DNA from: a virus
Length of the DNA: 64,000 nucleotides
IMG/VR virus record: IMGVR_UViG_3300009008_000009
Coordinates: 1-64,000 of that record
Direction: 5' to 3' (one strand)
Below, piece after piece: positions 57,795 to 64,000 of the stretch. Position 1 is the stretch's first letter. Each line of letters opens with the position of its first letter. A program made the position numbers and the translations under genes. The notes under the pieces were generated by a model, which worked only from the letters and a program-made list of their open reading frames with translations, made no database searches and had not been told where the DNA came from.

Positions 57795-58661
57795 TTAGTC
57801 AATGTCAATGATTTCAGGTGATAAGTACTTGTCAAACGACGGTCGATGCTTAGCTTTGATCTGCTTCAATATTTGGGGGAAGCGAGCGTTAGCCCCGTGA
57901 GACCGAGCTTCATCATGGTGGCGGTAGAACAACGTCGCCTTCTCCGCCCAGCAGAATTCAGCTCCATGCCCCGCCGCACGAATCCAAAGCTCCCAGTCCT
58001 CAAATCCATCTTTCATGTCAAGGTCAAATCCACCCAGATCTTCAAATAAAGACCTCCGGATAAGCGAGGTCGCTGGTATGTAGTTTGATCGAAGTAGTGC
58101 GCGGAAATCGTAGTCGTGCTGCTGAATAGTCCCGTGCTGGGATATGCCGTCGTCCGAGAAGATAGCAACCTTCGGGTAGGCAATGTCAGCCTTCGCGGTG
58201 TGAACCGCCCGCCACATCTCAAATAGAAAGTCTGGGTGCAGGTAGTCGTCACCGTCTACAAAGACAATCCACTCAGACTTACCTTTGGCTGCCACGGTGT
58301 TCCGGGCTTGGCATACGCCGACGTTCTCCCGTGATATCGTAACGTCAATGCCATAGTTGTCCCGGATGCGCCATAGCACCTGCCGGGGTGAGTCACTCTT
58401 GATCCCAGCCTGCGACACAGGTAGTCCAGTCCGCTGGTCGATCCGCTGCTGCAACGTTCTGTTTCCACCTTCGTCAACGGACGCCGACCCAACCGTGGAC
58501 TTTGTCGCAGGGTAGATAATCCCACGCTTTGTACTATGATCGTCAAAAACAAGTACAGAAAAGGGGATGCGTGAGTTCTGCGTAATCGCAGAATCCACGC
58601 ATCTCTCAATGTAGGCAGCATGATTATGAGTTACTACACAAACATCTATCTTACTTTCCAT
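57795..58661 (-). CDS. Glycosyltransferase family 2 with an internal insertion
   Basis: DDHST, ARN, VDGDD, GGFD, EDWELW. Confidence 0.85.
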   Translation of the reverse strand: MESKIDVCVVTHNHAAYIERCVDSAITQNSRIPFSVLVFDDHSTKRGIIYPATKSTVGSASVDEGGNRTLQQRIDQRTGLPVSQAGIKSDSPRQVLWRIRDNYGIDVTISRENVGVCQARNTVAAKGKSEWIVFVDGDDYLHPDFLFEMWRAVHTAKADIAYPKVAIFSDDGISQHGTIQQHDYDFRALLRSNYIPATSLIRRSLFEDLGGFDLDMKDGFEDWELWIRAAGHGAEFCWAEKATLFYRHHDEARSHGANARFPQILKQIKAKHRPSFDKYLSPEIIDID

Positions 58662-58686
58662 CTGCTACTCCGTCTCGAACTACCTG

Positions 58687-59523
58687 TCAGATAAGAACTG
58701 GTGACCTCAGTGCCTCGTCAACCATTGCATTTGCACCTCGGCGGTCTACCCCCACCGTTACTAAGTCTTCAACCAGCTCCTCTGGTTCAATACCGTCAGC
58801 GATGTAAGCCTGAAGGGTTCGAATTTCACGGGTGAGAACGTTGTCGTTGGATACTATCCACGTTGCCCCACCGGTAGCATCAAAGGGCCATGCATTAAAT
58901 TCAGCTGTTTTCCCTTTGGTTCGATTGATCTTCCCACCAGCCTTCCGATAGGCCAGAACAACCTTGCCCCAATATAAGTCATCCTGAGGATCAACATCAA
59001 GAAGAGATCGCTTCCAGAGCGAGATGTCGGAAACCCAAGGTGGGGCCTGCATCCGAGACGCCATGGAGGCAAGAATATCACGACGGGTACCATCCTTGCC
59101 GTCGATCTCTCCACCCATTTCTTTGTAGATCTTGGTCACTGTTGCCCAGTACTCATCTGACCCGTCGTCGTCGCCCGCTGCGTCCTTGGCCTCTTCCCAC
59201 TTGGCCTCGTCCTTGACCCATCCGGGGGCCTGCTTCATGAGGGACAGCTTCTTCTTCCGAGCATTAACAAGTTTAACAAACCCATCCTTATCAATGGTGA
59301 CACGGTTGTCTCGATACGCAATGGAAAACGCGTCCTCGACCTCCTCACGGGCTGCACCGGAAAACTCAGCAACATCGTCAACGATGTCCCACAGTATAAC
59401 TGGGACGGCCTTCCTGCGTGAGGAAGATCTACGCACTGCGGCAATGACCTCATCAACCAAGCTCGCGCCTGATCCGTCAACTAACCGGTCGATATCACGA
59501 ACATCAACTCCCGCGCATCTCAT
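58687..59523 (-). CDS. Putative head-associated protein with duplicated PxWV.D...W..A/YW..V...Y...GG module
   Basis: PGWVKDEAKW..YWATVTKIYKEMGG and PPWVSDISLW..YWGKVVLAYRKAGG. Confidence 0.7.
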   Translation of the reverse strand: MRCAGVDVRDIDRLVDGSGASLVDEVIAAVRRSSSRRKAVPVILWDIVDDVAEFSGAAREEVEDAFSIAYRDNRVTIDKDGFVKLVNARKKKLSLMKQAPGWVKDEAKWEEAKDAAGDDDGSDEYWATVTKIYKEMGGEIDGKDGTRRDILASMASRMQAPPWVSDISLWKRSLLDVDPQDDLYWGKVVLAYRKAGGKINRTKGKTAEFNAWPFDATGGATWIVSNDNVLTREIRTLQAYIADGIEPEELVEDLVTVGVDRRGANAMVDEALRSPVLI

Positions 59524-59876
59524 TCCTCAGCCTCACTTTCCACGTACTTTTCAAGCAAGTACGCCACCACCTCTTCGGCGTTTGTAATGTCTGTTTCCCA
59601 GTTTCCACGAACTTCGACGTAGACTGGAAGATTGACCTTCACACTTGCATACTCAAGGTAGTCCGGGTCAGAGTAAGTCTTCTTGACCCGATTATACTCA
59701 CCGTCACCAGCGGGAATGTTAGCCCACACAGTCGGACGCTCGAACAGGAGCTTGCAAATCTTCTCGCCCTGCTTGCTGGTGGACGCCCACACTGGTGCGT
59801 CACCGACCTTGTGAACTACAACCCCCAGCGGCTTGGTACGCGGAGTTTCATTGAGTACAACAAAGTGCCAGATCAT
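59520..59876 (-). CDS. Hypothetical protein
   Basis: Coupled to portal gene, GGAGG RBS. Confidence 0.7.
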   Translation of the reverse strand: MIWHFVVLNETPRTKPLGVVVHKVGDAPVWASTSKQGEKICKLLFERPTVWANIPAGDGEYNRVKKTYSDPDYLEYASVKVNLPVYVEVRGNWETDITNAEEVVAYLLEKYVESEAEE

Positions 59877-62800
59877 TCCTCCTCCTCGCCGCCCTGCCGA
59901 TATTCCTTGCCGTCAAAGACATGGTCACGGAGAAGCTCGTACATGTTATTGTCCAAGAACTCCAGCTTGTAGGAGTCGGTCTGGTATAGACTGTAAGACT
60001 CAATGAAGTACTCCTCGGCGCTGGTGGCAGCATTTGGATTGATAAACCCAACACCCTCACCAGATCGCGGAGCACCTATGAGCTCAATTCCATCGTCCTC
60101 TATGCGCATGCTCTGCAGCGCAATCTTGGAATCGTAAAGATCGTTTACGGTATCCTGTGCCTCGCTGGCCAAGTCAACAAACTCGCGGCGGGCGCGTTCC
60201 TTTACCACAAACCACGACGGGTCGTCCTCATAGAATGAGAACCCACTGATCAGCAAGCCGTCGTCGGTCTCGTATGATGAAATGTTGCCCCGCTGCGTCT
60301 CGCGAAGCTCATCAAGCTCAACATCGATGCGTAGGTCGGATGGTGGCTTGCCATCACGCTCTTCAATCTCGTCCAGAATGCGCTGTCGTTCCTTCTCAGC
60401 CCACGCACGTGTATCTACGATGTCAGGCACAACGTTAATCGAGGTGTCCTCGATTGGATTCTCCTTAAGGGCCAGCGCGATATCGTCAAGGAGCTCGGTC
60501 GGCACAGACTCAACCGTGGTGCTGCCCTCAGAAACGGTGCCGGTGTTTTCGAACTCAGCCCCCGGAGGTGGAATGAAGTCGTCCCATTCAGCGAATCCAA
60601 CAACTGGCTCGTAACTACCACGACAGTTTGGATGGCCTTCAAACTCCTTCGTCTCTGGGTTCTGGATCAGTGGATACTCAAGCTCAAGAACCTTGGAGAG
60701 ATCAAACTCGAGACCGTCCACCGACCGGCAGTAATCACAAGTCCTGAAGTCCTTTATCTCACGGCGAATGACCTTCTTCACCCCAGCGTCGTACCACTCT
60801 TGAAGCGCAGCCTTGCTGTAGATGTTCATCGTCTCGGTCCGGACGATGCGCTGGTAGATGTTACGCTGGTCGTTCCATACCTCGCCAAGACGGTCTGAAA
60901 GCTCCTCCTCGCTCAGCTTCTCGAAGTCCGGATCGTCGAACTCCTTAAACAGCGCCCGGGTGATATCCTCGATGGGCTCGTCAGCCTTGCTGTGCAACAT
61001 CTCTCGAATGCGGGAAATCACCTCTTCGGATACAGTGGAAACGTTCTGAAGCGCACGGTCGACTGCAGCATCCAAGTTTCGCTGGCGCTGGTCATCGAAC
61101 GCCGCCCGCTTGGCGGAAAGGTAACGGCGACCTCGTCTGGACCTACGCAGGGCCTTAACAACCGTGTCCTGTGCCTTCTCGTAGATGCTCCGGATACGGG
61201 TGGCAAAGTCTGCACCCCCCTCTTCGGAAACGTCGTCCAAGTTGTCACGGAACGCGTGCTCCAAGTCCTCAATGCGGATGTGACCACGTTCTTTCCATCG
61301 ATCAAGCAATCTGGATACGAAGTCTTCTTGCTTCTTATCGAAGGTGTCGATGAGGTTATTCTCGGCGGCAAGGACATCAGACTGGGATGACTTATCCATC
61401 CGGGATGTCATCAGCTTGGTCTGCCAGTCGTTCATCGAGTCCATGTGATCGTCGAGACGAAGTATCTGTGCTCGGAATGATCTACGGTGAACGGTGGGGA
61501 GCTTGGCACGCTTATGGTTAAGCTCAGCTCGCCGTGACTTTCCCGGCGTCTTCTTAGCCCCCGACTCTGTGACGTTCTCGCCAGACTCACCACCCACCGG
61601 AGCCTGCGTTCCCGGCTCCTTTGGCGGTGATGGTGACGTGGGTGGTGGAACTCCGCCACCACTCTCTGATTCTGGTACGTCGGGTGGGGCTGGTGCGGAT
61701 GACTCATCGCTGTCCATCGTCACACCAGCAGGGTCTTCCTTACCCTCATCAACCTTCTCAACATCCTGCTCTTCCTTCGGAAGGAATGTGGACTTCAAGG
61801 TCTTCAATATATCCCTAAAGCCTTCGAGTGCGGTACGTCCCGCAGTGGAGAAGTACTGCTTTCTGGCCTCACCAAGATTGCGGTCGGCCAGAGTACCCTG
61901 CTCCTTATCAAGCCATGTCAGGGCCTCATCGTAGTCAACGTCAAGTGCGTCACAAACAATCTTGAGTGGTAAGTCGCCCCGGTCACGGAGCTGGATCAGT
62001 GAAGATCGAATTGACGCATCGTCAGTCAGGTTCTGTTTATGACGCCAGTTGAAGTCCGGAACGACCGGCTCTTGCACCTCCGTCCTCACCTTGTGGTCAA
62101 GGTCGGCGGACTTTCGTACGTAAAAGTCGTTAGCCAGCGCTGTGGGTAGGAAGACTTTACGCTTGTACACATCTTCCATCATGTTGCGGATCACCAAGTA
62201 CCGTGACATCAGCGTCCGAAGTGCAACACTGGCTGTAGCGAAGTTCGGACCTTCCCCGGAAGTCAACGACTTATTCGTAAACAGTCGCGTCATGATCCGT
62301 TTGTCAATGGCGTCCAGCTCGGGGTTGATTGGCAGTACCTTACCCGTCGACCCAATCACATCGGTGGAAACAGCGTGGTGGGTTATGATGGTAAACATCG
62401 GGTCGTTGTTCGCGGCCAGTAAAAGATCTCGGAAGTTCTGAAGGTCGTTATTAGTCGGCATGTACCCGTCAGGGCCGGGTGTTCCGAGCTTCCACACCCA
62501 CTTCGGGGTGATGTGCCCCTGTGCGATTGCGTTCTGGGCCAGCCGGAGGGTATCACCGTAGAGTAAGTCCTTGATGATCCCCAAGATAATCGACGTGCCT
62601 CGCAAGTCCCACGGCATTGCGCGGTTAGCGACCAGTTCGGTGGAGAAGGAATCGAGCTCTACGTTGACCCCGCTGTTAACAGCGAACCGCACCTCAGGGT
62701 GAATGAGCTCAGCAACCCGACGATCATAGGGGTCGTCCGACTTAACCAAGTTCCGCAGAGGTGCGTCTGGGGCCAGCTCGTAGTGCTCAGCTGGTTCACC

Positions 62801-63391
62801 ATCGTCAGAGTGAGCAAGATAATGACCAACAACCCGAACGTAGGCTGTATTAATGAAAGTCTGATCTACAAATCGATTATAGTCTTCAGACCACCACGAG
62901 TACGGCATCACCTCGCCGAACAACCACCAGCACTTGAGAAAGTTATAGAGGTTGTCAAGCAAGTTCATGTCGTCTGCCATGGTCTCATAGGTGTTCAATA
63001 TCTCCGGGTCTTCAACACCAGTAAGAGAGAATCGTGACAGTGGAAGCTGAGAGTGAATCTCGATAGCGTTACCAACCAGTGGATGAAACTTGAAGTAGTA
63101 TTCAATCCACTCCATTAACACCGGATTCGGATCTCCAACAGTTCCGGGCTGCTGGGGAATGTAAAAGTTGTCAACGTTTAAACGAGGGTCTTTGATTGGT
63201 GGTAGGAGATTCTGAATGTCAGCTGACGCAGTGCTACTCATACCGGCCACAAGACCACCAGCCCCGGGGCGAGACGGTACATGGACTCCGGCTTTATCAA
63301 ACACACCACGAGATGAATCGGCGCCTACCCGGGCATTGCGCTCTATCACATCCTTCTGTGGAAACGGGCGTTTTTCATCACCCATAGTCAA
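59873..63391 (-). CDS. Portal protein fused to a MuF (SPP1 gp7-like) head morphogenesis domain and a degenerate zincin-like C-terminus
   Basis: HPLVGNAIEIHSQLPLS, FGEVMP, RGTSII portal-like motifs; RIVRTE..D.RTCDYC..HPNCR MuF motifs; AATSAEEYFIESY tail. Confidence 0.75.
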   Translation of the reverse strand: MTMGDEKRPFPQKDVIERNARVGADSSRGVFDKAGVHVPSRPGAGGLVAGMSSTASADIQNLLPPIKDPRLNVDNFYIPQQPGTVGDPNPVLMEWIEYYFKFHPLVGNAIEIHSQLPLSRFSLTGVEDPEILNTYETMADDMNLLDNLYNFLKCWWLFGEVMPYSWWSEDYNRFVDQTFINTAYVRVVGHYLAHSDDGEPAEHYELAPDAPLRNLVKSDDPYDRRVAELIHPEVRFAVNSGVNVELDSFSTELVANRAMPWDLRGTSIILGIIKDLLYGDTLRLAQNAIAQGHITPKWVWKLGTPGPDGYMPTNNDLQNFRDLLLAANNDPMFTIITHHAVSTDVIGSTGKVLPINPELDAIDKRIMTRLFTNKSLTSGEGPNFATASVALRTLMSRYLVIRNMMEDVYKRKVFLPTALANDFYVRKSADLDHKVRTEVQEPVVPDFNWRHKQNLTDDASIRSSLIQLRDRGDLPLKIVCDALDVDYDEALTWLDKEQGTLADRNLGEARKQYFSTAGRTALEGFRDILKTLKSTFLPKEEQDVEKVDEGKEDPAGVTMDSDESSAPAPPDVPESESGGGVPPPTSPSPPKEPGTQAPVGGESGENVTESGAKKTPGKSRRAELNHKRAKLPTVHRRSFRAQILRLDDHMDSMNDWQTKLMTSRMDKSSQSDVLAAENNLIDTFDKKQEDFVSRLLDRWKERGHIRIEDLEHAFRDNLDDVSEEGGADFATRIRSIYEKAQDTVVKALRRSRRGRRYLSAKRAAFDDQRQRNLDAAVDRALQNVSTVSEEVISRIREMLHSKADEPIEDITRALFKEFDDPDFEKLSEEELSDRLGEVWNDQRNIYQRIVRTETMNIYSKAALQEWYDAGVKKVIRREIKDFRTCDYCRSVDGLEFDLSKVLELEYPLIQNPETKEFEGHPNCRGSYEPVVGFAEWDDFIPPPGAEFENTGTVSEGSTTVESVPTELLDDIALALKENPIEDTSINVVPDIVDTRAWAEKERQRILDEIEERDGKPPSDLRIDVELDELRETQRGNISSYETDDGLLISGFSFYEDDPSWFVVKERARREFVDLASEAQDTVNDLYDSKIALQSMRIEDDGIELIGAPRSGEGVGFINPNAATSAEEYFIESYSLYQTDSYKLEFLDNNMYELLRDHVFDGKEYRQGGEEEE

Positions 63392-63396
63392 GCACC

Positions 63397-63783
63397 TCAG
63401 TTGACCTTATAGGGGTCCATGTGGTCACGAAGATTGGCCTTGCCGAACATCCACTTCCTCACCCCGACTTCAGTGAATCCACGAACTTGACCAATGTTAT
63501 CCTCAAAGAGAGGAGGGGTATACACATGGTCAGCGTCGAAGCGAAGGATAAGAAATGCGTCCTTGGTAAAGTCCATACGAATCGGGCTCACACGAAGTGA
63601 CACATGTATCTCACCAGCAATAGCCACACCGTCCGATGAAAGCTCGCTGATCTTGATTTTCTTAATGTTGAGCTTACCTGTGTGTACAAACTTCCGATGA
63701 GGCTTAAATGCCGCACGGGCAGCCTTCGATGTAAGAAGTAAGGTTTGCTCGTCAATAGCACTGGCTTCAGAAACTCCGGGCAT
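63397..63783 (-). CDS. Hypothetical protein
   Basis: Start MPGVSE after upstream stop. Confidence 0.6.
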   Translation of the reverse strand: MPGVSEASAIDEQTLLLTSKAARAAFKPHRKFVHTGKLNIKKIKISELSSDGVAIAGEIHVSLRVSPIRMDFTKDAFLILRFDADHVYTPPLFEDNIGQVRGFTEVGVRKWMFGKANLRDHMDPYKVN

Positions 63784-63787
63784 CGCG

Positions 63788-64000
63788 CTATCCCTCTCGA
63801 ATAACTCGCTCGACGTCGGCTGCGTCAAACCCAAACTCCATCGCGACAATCTTAGCAACATGTGAAATGAATTCGTCGTCCTGCCGCCAATCGTCGATCA
63901 AAAGATCTTCTCCACGCAAGTCTGCCTCGGCCTGCGTGACCGCTCGACGGATATGAGAGTCAGATGCGTCCTTGACGATGTCTCGCTTACTGGAAGCTCG
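63788..64000 (-). CDS. 3' end of a gene entering from the right (…FGFDAADVERVIREG*)
   Basis: Open frame from window edge to TAG at 63788-63790. Confidence 0.6.
   Translation of the reverse strand, partial: RASSKRDIVKDASDSHIRRAVTQAEADLRGEDLLIDDWRQDDEFISHVAKIVAMEFGFDAADVERVIREG

Overview
A 64-kb segment of a large (probably jumbo) tailed bacteriophage genome. Essentially all credible genes are on the minus strand, and the standard genetic code fits. Reading right to left there are: a head module (a portal-MuF fusion); a cluster of seven glycosyltransferases; an intein-containing UvrD/PcrA helicase; an RNase H-like exonuclease; four orphan DNA methyltransferases; GroES/GroEL; many small accessory genes driven by a repeated sigma70-type promoter embedded in a terminator-like hairpin; a non-coding RNA cluster (tRNA-Pro, tmRNA and several unassigned structured RNAs); an intein-containing class II ribonucleotide reductase; and acidic virion-like proteins plus a sulfotransferase. 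The standout is at about 33.1-34.0 kb. A stand-alone Cas7/RAMP-like gene is flanked by three non-coding arrays with strict 5-nt periodicity (GGY-NN on the transcribed strand), with no CRISPR array or other cas genes. This is a candidate RNA-guided system in which the variable NN dinucleotides could spell a gapped target. All protein family calls are from motif recognition by eye; no database searches were run.
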